64,000 nucleotides of DNA from Eledone cirrhosa (lineage: Eukaryota): positions 369,024,001 to 369,088,000 of the forward strand of contig OZ024740.1 of the NCBI GenBank assembly GCA_964016885.1, written 5' to 3'. Positions within the stretch are counted from its first letter, which is position 1, and each line of letters opens with the position of its first letter. A program made the translations under genes and the position numbers. This document shows positions 51,461-64,000 of the stretch, piece by piece. The notes beneath the pieces are model-generated. The model searched no databases and was not told the DNA's origin. It saw only the letters and a program-made list of their open reading frames with translations.

Positions 51461-54400
51461 ATATATATATACATGTATATATACATACATATATATCTAT
51501 ATATACACACGCAGGCAAATACGAAATACCCAGTATGTTATAAAATATATATATAAATAACTTTAATCGATTGTTTTAATCTAATTTGACCCTCATCAGG
51601 AGCCGCGTTTATCATCCAATCTCTGCCCCTCTCTCTCTCTCCCTGAATAAATCTCCGAGGCTGGGAAATCCGAAATCAGCCCTTCGTCCCCACTTTCTAC
51701 TGCTGATATATCGGGCGTGTTGTAAGTTGGATACCGTGTCCAACACATTTCATTTTTGTGTCGCAAATATTACAGCATTTGATCTATTGTTGACGTATTT
51801 GGACACATACGTTATAGGTTCCCCTCTCGCTTCCGATTCCATTTTTATTATTTAAAAAAGGGCGATTGCGAATATGATGGCAGTTAGATTAGTTGAAAAC
51901 GACTGAGATGGGCTTATTTGTAATTCAGAGGATCCCCCTGCGTCTTCTCAATTTTCTGAACAAAGGGGTCGTTGGCGAGTGAGCCAGATAACACATATGT
52001 CAACAACAACAGAAAATACATTAGTCAGTTAGAGTGAGAGTGGTGGGGTGGATGGAGTAAGAGGTGGTGTAATATTTCCTTTATATATAGATAATATGAC
52101 GAAGGAACTGGCACTAACTGTATGCTAGAATAATCAGTAAATCCTCCCTCAACTCTCACCTCTCCTTCTCTTTTCGTAGAATATGTGCGCAGTGACATTG
52201 TTGGAGATCAGATTAATTGAACACAGACGAAAAACCTTAATTATTATCAATTTTATTTAGTGTTATTTGTGGCGAACGACGAACAAACACGTAAACAAAC
52301 TACCTCTTTATAAGTATATAGATATTTAAACATGAACATAAACCTTAATATGTATGTACAGACGTATGTATGAACAACACACACAATTAAACCTCTTTAT
52401 GCTGGCAAAACGTAAATGCATTCAGGCTACATTTAAATATGCATATAAACTGACGCACGTATATACATTTCAATATCATGTATTCTTAAATAAAAGCATA
52501 CGTAAAATACACTTTTATTATATGTATTAAAATACATATAGAAGTAAGTATATGACTCATGGTTGATACAGGAATTAACATAAAACAGTAAGATTGGTTG
52601 GTAAAGAACGGAGGCCAGACGTCGGAGATTAAGACAATGTTTCTCTTGGGAAAGGAATTCTATATGTATGTTGTGAACGACGATGAAAATGTATTTAGAG
52701 GGGATGGGGGAAATACATTCATAGTAGTATACCGAAAAATAAAAGTAAGGTGAAACGGAATCAACGCTGGTGTTTAAATTCGGATGAGGCTGGTAGAGAA
52801 AAAATTATTTCGTAAGAAAGAAAGTAATTTTGAAGGAAAACAGTTTACTGAATACTGATGCGTAAAATTTAAATCAACATAATATGATGAAATAAAAACA
52901 GATGATATATTCACACTGCATATTTATTCTAGGTGAAATGAGTGTACTCTTGAAATAAATGTGCATATACGCACCAGTTCATAAAGCCACACACAATAAT
53001 ACGTATATAACACATGCACATGCATTTATATCAACATATAATAGACGTATATATAGTTTATCAGGAATTCAACAATGAATAAATATACATTAATGCCCAT
53101 ATACATATGGGCATTACTTCCTCTATCACATTCGATTGTATTTCAAACGTATGCAGATGACTTACTATAAGTGGACGGCCGTGCAAATTTTTCAGGTGTG
53201 ATATTCTGTTTCAAATGTACTTACAACACTTGCTTTTTAGACGTAAATTTAAGTTAAAGTCGTGATAAATAATGATAACAGATGAAGTGTCTAAGTGTAC
53301 GTCCCTCATAGTAGTTCCGTCCGTCTATACTTATATATACACCAATGACTAATTTTATAATTAAATGAATTGTAAATAATTAAACAATTTGTTCATGCCT
53401 TATGTTTTGAATAACCCAAAAGCATTTGGTTTATATACACCTATCTAGACATTCTTCTCTCTATCAAATATCTACAAAGAAAGACAACTTCTTCCTGTGA
53501 GAAGACTACTGAGTAGGTGTAGCTGCAACAGTTATTTCTGGTGGAATTTACAGGACATGGTTAATTCCGATTAACGTGATGAAAAGCGATGTTTCCCTTT
53601 AAACTGTTATGACCATAATGTTGTGCTGCAGAGGAAAATGATGAACTTTAATGTTATAATAATGATAGTAATGGTGCATATATAAATACCATTCATAAAA
53701 TACTTAATTATCATAGATGCTATGTTTGTTGGATTATTATACGTGTAGTAAATTTGAGATAACGGCAGTAGCTCGAGGATAGAATTGAATTAGAAAATAA
53801 CCAGGTATTTCTAACGTAAGCGCGTACTTTTATTATTGATCGTATATGTTTCATTACTGTTTCAGAAACACATTTTTCGTCAAGATGGAAGATGAATTAG
53901 ATAGTAACAGTGATCAAACACTAAAGTAAAACGAATGAGAGTGATAGAGAGTGATAGAGAAAAAAAAGGGAGAGAGAACGAGAGAATCACTGGAACAGTG
54001 TAGAAAGTGTAGGGGAGTAACATAAACTGGAAAAAATTAAACAAAAATAATAATTTGAAAACTAACAAAAATTGTTTACACGAGAAAGAATATGTATGTA
54101 GGTATCGATTACAAGCGATTGGCTGACAGGTATTTATGATTAGTGTTTTATATGTGCTATTTTTACTTTAGTATTCCTCTTTAATTTGAATAATTCCACC
54201 GTAATTAAACGTGATTTTGAAGACAATTCAGTAATCGTTTCGTACAATATTTTTTTATTAGGTTGTGTGATATAGTATATTACTTTCATTCCTTTTTTTA
54301 ATTGGATGGAATGCGGATGGTATTGTTTAGTAATTGAAGTATGGTTGGGTTAAGATTAAATTTGAAAATCTGAAGTTTCGCATTCGCACTCAGATGCTTC

Positions 54401-55016
54401 GGTTATACTTATCACGTGGAGTGTGTTCACAGATTAAACGGCTATCCGCCCCCACCTATGGGTTAAATAACCTCACCATATAATTGCCTAAGCGTGGTGA
54501 GTACGAATGCACCTACATGAGAGATAAACCTCCATAATCCCCGTAACTGACTTGTGATCTTACCTTGTCTTGTCACTAGACACGTAACTGCGAGGATGAG
54601 GAGAGTACTATGTGTGTATCACAATCACGTCGCATTGCAATCGTGATGTGCAGATATTTCGTTATAACTACTTCAGCGACGGAAGAGTGGTAACGTGTGC
54701 AGAATTGACCGGTTACAAGTATATAGTCACAAATCGTCACATGGGCAGATCGAGTCTTATCCTAACATCACTGCAGTGTCAAACTGAACAGCAGCATGCT
54801 TCGGCCGAATATTGAGAGTCTGATCAGTCCTTGTTGACGAGACATTGTTCATCAATTCGACTTGCGAATGATCTAGAAAAGGTGGCCTAAATAAAGCATG
54901 TCAGTCATGAAACAGGCTAGCAGCTTGTATTAACGAAAGTTCATAAAAGCAGGGAATCGCTAGAAGAGATGGCCGTCTTCTCTAATGAATTAGCAGTAAC
55001 AATATATATATATATA

Positions 55017-55125
<109 letters not shown>

Positions 55126-55160
55126 GTATGTATGTATGTTTGTAGATGTAAATAAATTCA

Positions 55161-55643
55161 CAATACGAATTGCAGCTTTTTGTAAACATTATTACATATT
55201 ACAATTATAAGAGCGGTTAATTGGCAGTATCGGTAGAGGGTTGGGACGCTATGCTTTCTAGCATAGCTACGTCCCTTTACAGTGTGAGTTCAAATCCCGC
55301 CGAGGTTAAGTTTGCCTTTCAGCCTCACGGGGTCGATAAAATAAAGTACCAGTAATGTACTGGGTAATTGCTGGCCTTGTGCCTAAAGTAGAAACAATTA
55401 TTACATATTACAATTTGTTTCCATATCGATCAGCTCGAGTTTGAACATGTGATCGGATCGCTACACTTAATCGATACTTCTTCACATATGAAAGTTTACA
55501 TGGGTGGTCCCATGTAAACTCTCATATCTGTTGAAATGGCGATTAAGAGTCATGAACCGATCACATGATCAAACCTGAGCTGATCGATATGGAAGCAAAT
55601 TGTAATATTAATAAAGTTTAGAAACAGCTGCAATTGTTATTGA
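55161..55643. repeat. Old imperfect fold-back element interrupted by a SINE
   Basis: Centre tttacatggg-tggt-cccatgtaaa (55505-55508); arms pair out to about 55161/55643 once the SINE is removed. Confidence 0.85.
55207..55396 (+). mobile_element. tRNA-derived SINE with 19-bp target-site duplication
   Basis: attattacatattacaatt at 55188-55206 and 55397-55415; A and B boxes present. Confidence 0.92.
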
Positions 55644-55773
55644 CACGTCATATACAATCTGCAAACAGTCGCCTTAAACCTGGAGCACAACCTAACGAGA
55701 GACGGATGAAGTAACAGCATCGTGTGTTTCGACCAGCCTCGCCACTAGCAACTACATGTTACCCACCTAATAA

Positions 55774-55869
<96 letters not shown>

Positions 55870-55928
55870 CATATTTATACACACATACACACGCTCATAT
55901 ATACATATTTATATATATATATATACAC

Positions 55929-55984
<56 letters not shown>

Positions 55985-56207
55985 TGAAAGTTAGAGTTAT
56001 TAACTCATACTGAAACCCTGTAATTAACAAGGTCAAAGTATAAATACTGAGCATGATAATATAAGTAGTAAGAAACACAGTAAATCGTGCGTCTAATATT
56101 ACGATCATTGAAGAACCACATTTGTTTCAAATATTTAATCATGAAGCAGACAGAATGATAAAATAAAATAAAATTATATTATACAAAACTCCTGAAAAAC
56201 TATTATA

Positions 56208-56289
56208 TCTCTCGGACAGATTAGGGATTAATCTGTTTCGCCCTGAGTGTGTTTGTAACAGATAATCCATGGGCATCATCAGCGAGAGA
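56208..56289 (-). ncRNA. Complete canonical type I hammerhead ribozyme
   Basis: tctctcg-CTGATGA-t-gccc[23 nt]gggc-GAAA-cagatta/atccc/taatctg-TC-cgagaga; 7-bp stem I, 4-bp stem II, 7-bp stem III, GUC triplet. Confidence 0.9.
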
Positions 56290-56457
56290 ATCATTTATAT
56301 TTCGGCTCCTCAAGAGGTGAGCTTATTAAGTCGCGTGTTTTGGACTGTTATTTCTAACCAATACACTCACACCACTATTGACTTACGGCACACGTGGTGA
56401 TGAATTCATTTTTCTGTGTGAACATTAGTACTAGGTGTTTGTCGCATTTAATCAGAT

Positions 56458-56508
56458 TCTCTCGCTGATGATGCCCGAAACAGATTAATCCCTAATCTGT
56501 TCGAGAGA
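56458..56508 (+). ncRNA. Hammerhead copy with stem II deleted and a GUU triplet
   Basis: tctctcg-CTGATGA-tgccc-GAAA-cagatta/atccc/taatctg-TT-cgagaga. Confidence 0.65.
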
Positions 56509-57468
56509 AATAATAGTTATTGAGGCGGTTTGTATGATATAAATATTTAAAACAAATGTGGTTCTTCAACCCTCGTAATATTAGACCCACGATTTATTGT
56601 GTTTCATAATATATATATTATATGTGCTATTTTGTGGTTGTGCTCACGCAACTATGTTTATAAATATATATGTATATGCAAGTTTACATTTCATTTTGTA
56701 CGCCATAATTACATCGACATTTTAGTAGAGTATATGAAAGGTTCCGTATTCAAATCAATTGTCTTCAACCATGATGAAATCTCCTAGTAGTATAACGAAT
56801 CTTTATCTAGTTATGAATATACGGATCAACTCTAGATGTTATATGACGACATTCCAAACAAAAGTCACAAATAAATTATTTTACTTGTATTGATAAAGTG
56901 CGCATCTAAACCTAACTAAATCATTCTATTCTTTTAACAAAGCTCTAGATAAAGAGATCAATAAATAAAGTAAACTCTCCGAGGTAACAGTTATTTAGAC
57001 CAACTAAAATAAACTGTCAAACAAAACTCAAAATATCTGTCAAATACTACATATACCAAATTTGTATTACCCGAATCAAATGCATTACTATTATAGACTA
57101 CATAGACGCATTATCAATGCCTCATAGTAGGGAACACAAAATGTATTGCACCAAAACATGAATTAAAACTAACCAAATACTACAACATCTAAAAGGATCG
57201 AAACCCTTCTTATATATTATTTAATATTTTCTAGCACCTGAGCCCATCAATTTGTTACTAATGACTACTGAGATAAACAAACTTAATTTGGGATAACTGC
57301 CGCCGGCTCAAAGGACATTTACAGTGAGGAGATGGAGAAATAAAATGCACACAAAAAAACTCAGCTAACGATAAATGTATCCTTCACCAACAAATCTACT
57401 TTATTCGGAATTTCTCACCAATGTAGGTGACATAAAATGGAAGCAACATTTATGTGTACAAATCAATA

Positions 57469-57673
57469 AGCGGTGAATTGGCTGTATCGGTGAATTGACT
57501 GTATCGGTAGAGGGTCGGATGCCATGTTTTCCATCATAGTTACGTCCCTTTACGGTCTGAATTCAAATACCGCCGAGGTTAACTTTGCCTTTCATTATTA
57601 AGGGGTCGATAAAATAATGTACCAGTAATGCACTGGGTAATTGCTGGCCTTGTGCCTAAAGTAGAAACAACTA
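57469..57673 (+). mobile_element. tRNA-derived SINE with a tandemly duplicated 5' segment
   Basis: gtgaattggctgtatcg repeated, then the family consensus. Confidence 0.85.
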
Positions 57674-57993
57674 TTACACATACTAGTCTCAAATAAAAAG
57701 ATAAAGGATTTCTTAAATAAAAGTGAAAATGAACTAGACCTTAGGCGATGATTAACACAGAAATATGAAATAAAACGTGATAGCAGGACACGACAAATCA
57801 CAATTTAGAAGGCATGTGAGGCCGCTTTACGGTGATGGCGACGGCGAGAAACAATATCTTCTAACCAAATTTCATGGAATTCTAATGAGAATGTAAAAAA
57901 GAACACAAACAAAATATAAGACAAGAATACTTTTCAATTCATGCTTTAAAATCTATTTCTGAAACACACCACCGAAACACACACACACACACA

Positions 57994-58068
<75 letters not shown>

Positions 58069-58150
58069 TTTATCGCGGATTCAATCGGGGTAACCGCAAT
58101 AAGTAAGGTACTCAATACATAGCAGAGTATAGCTATTTAATATAGAAATT

Positions 58151-58202
58151 GCTTCTACTAGACTTGAACTGTTTCATTCGGGAGAAATCTTCATCAGGAA
58201 GC
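58151..58202 (-). ncRNA. Type I hammerhead motif in a Penelope-like 3' fragment (58067-58255)
   Basis: gcttc-CTGATGA-agatttctcccgaat-GAAA-cagttcaagtctag-TA-gaagc. Confidence 0.6.
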
Positions 58203-58332
58203 CGACTGTCCAAGTAATATGGTGGTATTTTTACCTTTTCTGGTGGTAGGAGCCATTTCTATATTAAATATGCATACACATATATATACACACACACACA
58301 CACACATATATATAAATATATATATATAAATG

Positions 58333-58381
58333 GATTCTACAGGACGAGAACTGTTTCATTCGCGAGAAATCATCAGGAAGC
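58333..58381 (-). ncRNA. Type I hammerhead motif, isolated between microsatellites
   Basis: gcttc-CTGATGA-tttc tcgc gaat-GAAA-cag ttctcgtc ctg-TA-gaatc. Confidence 0.65.
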
Positions 58382-58419
58382 TCTCTCTATATATATATAT
58401 ATGTATTGTGTTCTTTATC

Positions 58420-58463
<44 letters not shown>

Positions 58464-59014
58464 GACGACTGCAGTTTGATAACGTCTGTCTTTCGCAATA
58501 GGTGGCTAATAAATGTCTGGTTGCGTAAGCTGAGATTTGGAGAATAGATGTGCCGCTTATTATTTGACTATTTTAGTGGAGGTGAGGTATTTGGTATGGG
58601 TGATCATACAGGCTGGCGTCCGGTTTAGAGTATTTGTTGAGAATGAGTAGACTGATTAGAACATTACCGGACGATAGATATGTGTGGGTCTATGCGTGTG
58701 TGATTGTGTACGTCAGTGGGCGTGTGTGTAAGCGTGTGGAATTTAATCAGAAGGAAACAAATACAAGACGAAGAGAAATTACAATACAAACGAAATTACA
58801 AATACAAACTACATTGAGATAATTATTTAAAGGTAAGCAGGTATGAGAAAAAACCTGTCAACCACACGCATACACGTACATCCTTCATACATACATAATT
58901 ATATACATACCTACATACATAGATATATATATATACAAATACATATATATATGTGTGTGTGTGTTTGTTGAGTATTTCGGTAGAAAAAAGTAAAGGAAAG
59001 AAGAGTGGTCTATG

Positions 59015-59081
59015 TTCTTGAAGAAACATCTAGCTCGTTCGTCCGATGATCTGACGAATGAACTGGATGTTTCTGCAAGAA
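59015..59081. repeat. Imperfect hairpin (~32-bp arms)
   Basis: ttcttgaagaaacatctagctcgttcgtccga-tga-tctgacgaatgaactggatgtttctgcaagaa. Confidence 0.7.
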
Positions 59082-59340
59082 TTCTCTAGTTTCTTGACAA
59101 CATCGGTATTGAAATAATTATATTGTGTTGTTTATTATGTAATTAAAACATATATGCATATATATATATATTTCAGTAAACGTGGTATCGTTTAAGTTAA
59201 TCTAAGTAGAGGTTATAAGTAATCTGTACCATGGATGATTCTAACGTTCGGCATTGTTTGACTTGACAAGATGTTTACTTAGTTGTGGTGTTCGGGTGGC
59301 GGGTTCCAGACAGTTCCTAGGTAAGCTGTTCCTGGATTAT

Positions 59341-59503
59341 TAACAATTGTTTCTACTTTTGGTACAAGACCAGCAATTATCCCAGTACATTACTGGTACT
59401 TTATTTTATCAACCTCGGCGGGATTTGAACTCAGACTGTAAAGGGACGTAACTTTATGCTACAAAGCATGGTGTCCGATCCTCTACCGATACTGTCAATC
59501 CAA
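59341..59503 (-). mobile_element. tRNA-derived SINE with an internal deletion
   Basis: Reverse complement of the consensus lacking part of the central domain. Confidence 0.85.
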
Positions 59504-60014
59504 TGAAGGAGTGAACTATACATTAGGGTTTATTCCATTAAACCCTAATATATAGCTGATCCGTGTTATTGTTCACACCGATATATATATAGCTCGTTTG
59601 TAGATTCTGAAATTTCCTGATTAGCGAAACCTACCTCCAACTTCAAATGGTATTCTAAAAACGTAAGCTACAATGACAAGTTTTTCATTTAATCATGATG
59701 CCACAGACAATATCATTGGTTGGGGTAAATCTATATATAAAACACACGTAGACACACACACGAGCACATGCATACATACGCACACAACACATACATACAT
59801 ACATACACATGCACACAGGTAAATAGATGTATATGTAATTGATGTGTAATGCTTCTTCTAACGAACTATTGTTCACGTTATGCAACTGTCCGTCGAATTT
59901 GGTTCTTACTTTTCTTTCATATACCTTCGATAGGATTCAATATTTTGTGTATGTATAATGTATTATCTAGTGCCTATATTACTTTGGCGTATTTAAATCA
60001 CTACTAAAATATGT

Positions 60015-60330
60015 GAAGGCGTGCGTCTTTGTGGTTAAGATATTCGGTTTACGATTGCAAGCTAGTGTGTTCAATTTCTGGCGGTGCGTCGTGTCTTGAT
60101 CAAGACACTTTATTTCACATTGCTCCAGCTCACTCAGATGGCAAAAATAAGAAGTAACTGTTAATTTGAAGGGCCAGTTTTATCACATTCTGCTTAATCT
60201 CTCTCAGAACTAGGCTAATGGTATGCGTGTTTGTGGAATGAGCGACTTGCAGCTTAATCTCATGAGCAGGCTTTTCCATTGATCGTCTCAACTGGAACAC
60301 TCATCGTCGTAACCAATGGAGTGCCGCTAT
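60015..60330 (+). mobile_element. Second tRNA-derived SINE family (CORE-like central domain)
   Basis: A-box-like gtggttaaga, B-box-like gtgttcaatt, then gtgtcttgatcaagacactttatttcacattgctccagctcactcag. Confidence 0.65.
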
Positions 60331-60934
60331 GAAATACCATTGTTTGATTGCCGTTTCGCGATGTATTTAATTATGATGGATGTTCCTTCTTTATTTTTAC
60401 TTCATATCTCTTGTTTTAACCCATGTCTTATTGTTTCTTATTCGCGTATTTTATCATTTTAACCTGCCAGTCTATGATCTTATTTTATTGTTTTACAAAC
60501 GTCTTTAGTAACAATATTTAACTGATGTAGCTATAAACGATTAGACATATGTATTTTCAGTTGTTTCCTGTTCGGTTTATTTTATATTTTTAGATTATAC
60601 TTTTGCATGCTTGTTGTGATGGAGGTGTATTTTTCATCAGTGCCAAAATTAGTAGCTGTACATGCAATCATCGAACGTTTAAAAACCGGTCAGTGAAAAT
60701 TATAACAGCCGGAAGAATAAGTGAAGCTGAATCAAAATTTAAAAGTAAAATAAAAAACTCAAGAAATACTCTCATGAACGACATCGCATGAAAAACGACT
60801 TTAAGATGAAAAGAATTCCTGGTAATAATGCTATGAATGTATGCATGTATGTATCTATATATTTATAAATTTTACAATATGAGGCACAGCTTTTTAAGGA
60901 CTATTCAAGTATTTATTGAGGCCTCTGCAGTTCT

Positions 60935-61062
60935 TAATAATTGTTTATATGTTGGGCACAAGGCCAGCAATTATCCCAGTGCATTACTGGTAGTTTATTT
61001 TATCGACCTCGTAAGGATAAAGTTAACCTCGGCGTGATTTGAACTCAGACCGTAAAGGAGCG
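60935..61062 (-). mobile_element. Truncated SINE
   Basis: Reverse complement of the family consensus. Confidence 0.8.
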
Positions 61063-61190
61063 TTCTTAATAATGTAATTTGACAACGCTTGCAGACATTC
61101 ACATTCTACACTTCAGAAGTAATTTTGGTTTCTCTTTACTGCAACTTTTATCATAGTATTCTGTGTAGTCATATATAATTCTTTCTTCAG

Positions 61191-61670
61191 GTAAAAAGTC
61201 AAAGTGAAAAAGCACAGGGGTATATTTATAGATTATTTTTGCTTTAATCCGACAAAATCAATGTTATTATATTATAATTATTACATTAAATGTCTTTACT
61301 GTTTGTCAAATATTACTGCTTTACATTGGAGTATCAATCCTATCAAATATTAAAGATTGTTTATTCTCAAATTCTGTGGCCAGTCAGAACATATAGGAAT
61401 TTTCTACCAAATGTTCTTCTTAAACATATGTTTTTATGAAGGTGGGGTCGTGATGGTGGAAGTGCGTTTCAAGAGGTTTGGATTCAATTGATTTATTAGA
61501 AGATTTTCTTGGTTAATAAATAATTTTTTTTCTATTCATAGTAATGGTCGAGATGGCATTTTTCTTGTATGTGTGAGTATTTCGGTCAGGCTCAATTATG
61601 TAAAAAGTTTGATTCAAAAGGAGATGTTTCTTTTTTATACACCCTGTGATTTTTCACTTTTACATTTTAC
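61191..61670. mobile_element. Possible MITE/degraded DNA transposon with ~35-bp inverted ends
   Basis: gtaaaaagtcaaagtgaaaaagcacaggggtata (61191-61224) vs tatacaccctgtgatttttcacttttacattttac (61636-61670). Confidence 0.4.
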
Positions 61671-61704
61671 TTCAAAACTTTGATTTGTAAGGAGGTTACC
61701 CCCG

Positions 61705-61736
<32 letters not shown>

Positions 61737-62052
61737 GCATGTATATTCGACGGCTGCATATATTACTCTGAACATTTGGAAATCGAGTTCTGGATTCTTT
61801 TACATATGTTGCTTACTACATATAAAAGTCCGTAAAGCTTATAACGATTTTCCCTCTGCAAAAATAAAGTGGGAATTTTGCAAATAGAAATAATTTGCAA
61901 TGTGTTGAACAGCAGGTGAAATATCCTCAAATGTCACAATTAGCATTTCAAGTTTATAGTTTGCTGTATTATATTATATTTTTATTATGTTATTTTATAT
62001 TTAATACGAATCACCGTAATCTCGGAAATCAAAGTTAAATTTGCCTAAGCAT

Positions 62053-62124
62053 TAATAATTGTTTCTACGTTAGGCACAAGGCCAGCAATTACCCAGTGCA
62101 TTACTGGTACTTTATTTTATCGAC
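62053..62124 (-). mobile_element. SINE 3' fragment
   Basis: Reverse complement of the consensus tail. Confidence 0.8.
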
Positions 62125-62428
62125 AATGCTTTGTGATTATCAATGCAAATGTGTAAATGCGTGCGTGTACGTGTGTGGGTGTTTCAGCTCGTTTGCAGTG
62201 TATACTTTTTCAGAAATATCTACCAAACTACGTTGACAAACACCTTGGAGGTTTGCTTGTCAGACGCTCTAAGGTATTAATGTTGATATATACAGAATAA
62301 ACTATAAAAATCCAGTGCCACACACCCACACACACACATACACACACACACACACACACAACATACATACAGGCACACATACACAATCAAACATATATAT
62401 ATATAAATATATGTATATCAATACATAT

Positions 62429-62459
<31 letters not shown>

Positions 62460-62477
62460 AATGTATGTATTCATATA

Positions 62478-62536
<59 letters not shown>

Positions 62537-62537
<1 letters not shown>

Positions 62538-64000
62538 AATAATAAGAAATTTGAAACTAAAATCCAAAGAGGGCTCGATAAGGATAAATATATATCAAAT
62601 ATGTAAGAACCGTAGAGCAAATATTTATATCAGATTAAAGTTTAAGCAAAGAATCGCTGCTATCACCCTTAACGGGATCTTCTGAACCTAACAAAGTCAA
62701 TCTGTAAACGCAGTGCTGGATATTTCAAAAAACGTTGCAACCGGAAGAAGACAGGAAGACGATACTTTGGTTCGTGGAAACGTTCGCTGGCAAAGAACGG
62801 GAAAAAACGAATAAGATACGTCATTAATAGGAGCGGTGAAAAACAATTACGCGCAAAGACAGAACCACGTTTATGGTATAAAAGAGATCATAGACTAATG
62901 TTCTCTTAGGTGGTGCATAGAGACGTTCTCTGGCAATGAACGAAAAAACGAAGATAATACGTCATATGTGGAGCGCGGAGAACAATAGCACGCAAAGACA
63001 CAACCACGTAAATGGTATAGCAGAAGTCGTAAACTAAAATTCTAACTAGGAGACCAAATGAATCTCCGCTACAGAGTTAAGAACAAAGTAAATAAATACA
63101 ATACAGAAGTAATAGAAATAAATAAATACATACACGCAAACAAATACGTACATACACAAGCATACGCAAAAACTTACCATATGTATACAAAACCACGCCC
63201 ATATAAATATGTCTGTGTGTGTATGCGTGAATACAAATAAATAAATAATTATATAAACGTATATAAATAAATAAATATGTATATAACAAGCGCACACACA
63301 TACCCACATATAAATAGACGAATCTTCGGAGACGTAAGTCAACTAAAACATGAAGTACGCATATACACACACCCACCATACGTACGAACCTGCATACTCA
63401 CACAGACGCAAAACTCCCGTATACACATAGCCAAACCATATGTATCAGAATATATAAAATTATACGCCATAACAATCAAATATTCGTACGAGAAGGTATA
63501 CGTACCTTCAAAAACATACGGGTAATATATACTTACCTATGCAAATAAGTCAAGGAATAAACAAAACATATACTTAGCTCCCACATCAAGACGTAAAATA
63601 CCCACGTATAGATCGTACTATCCGTTAGGGTATAACGTGGGGCTGTAAAACAGGAAAGTTTTGTGCAAATTATGTTTACAAGCCGAAATTGCTTCAGAAT
63701 TTTTGTTTAAGATGTGGTCTGTGGCGTAGAGTATTTCCTGGGCCTCAGCAGTGCAGAGGTCACATGGTCTATCATTTCCGTTATACGATCTAGCCCTAGC
63801 TAGGATCTCCCAGTGTAACTTATATTGGGTGTGGTTGTCTTTTAGACTCCAGATATAAGCTGAAAGTGACGTCATATTCCTTCTTAGAGGGTAACGAAAA
63901 GAATGGGTATGCATGTAAAGACGCTGCTTGAAACTATTGGCGGTTAACCCTATGTAGGCTCTACGGGACGTGGGTGTTACAACCTTACATTTGTAGACAA
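62537..64000 (-). mobile_element. Penelope-like element, second copy (GIY-YIG + 3' region), runs off the window end
   Basis: Reverse complement of 44953-46340 with moderate divergence; ORF 63618-63914 matches 45040-45323; ends at (TA)n. Confidence 0.95.

Larger units (their letters stand above)
56072..56605. repeat. Inverted repeat with ~165-bp spacer; both arms carry hammerheads
   Basis: 56072-56292 pairs with 56455-56605 allowing two indels. Confidence 0.85.

Noticed and set aside
52060-52325. Ends resembling non-autonomous Helitron 3' termini (...ttttataagtatatagat)
   Set aside because: No hairpin or 5' end could be confirmed, and similar strings arise by chance in AT-rich DNA.

Overview
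This is AT-rich eukaryotic DNA with no recognisable host-gene exon. It is either intergenic or lies inside a large intron. The repeat content suggests an octopus or other cephalopod genome (inference): tRNA-derived Meta-domain SINEs, long (TA)n/(CA)n/(TTA)n tracts, and Penelope, Tx1, R4/Dong and RTE retroelements. Main components: (1) a ~18-kb cluster (17.7-35.7 kb) of Tx1/L1-clade LINEs, one near full length, and R4/Dong-type RLE LINEs, mostly bordered by (TAA)n/(TTA)n and with strictly opposite polarity relative to that repeat; (2) two Penelope-like (RT + GIY-YIG) copies; (3) at least eight fold-back/inverted-repeat elements mostly bordered by (TA)n, most carrying a recognisable or decayed type-I hammerhead ribozyme motif; about 20 hammerhead-like motifs were found by eye in the window, including one complete canonical ribozyme and U3-A8 and CAGAAGA core variants; (4) a 2.1-kb tandem duplication with a chimeric repeat at its junction; (5) many SINEs and a dead Tc1/mariner element. 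All protein-coding remnants are disrupted transposon ORFs. Boundaries were set by eye and are approximate.
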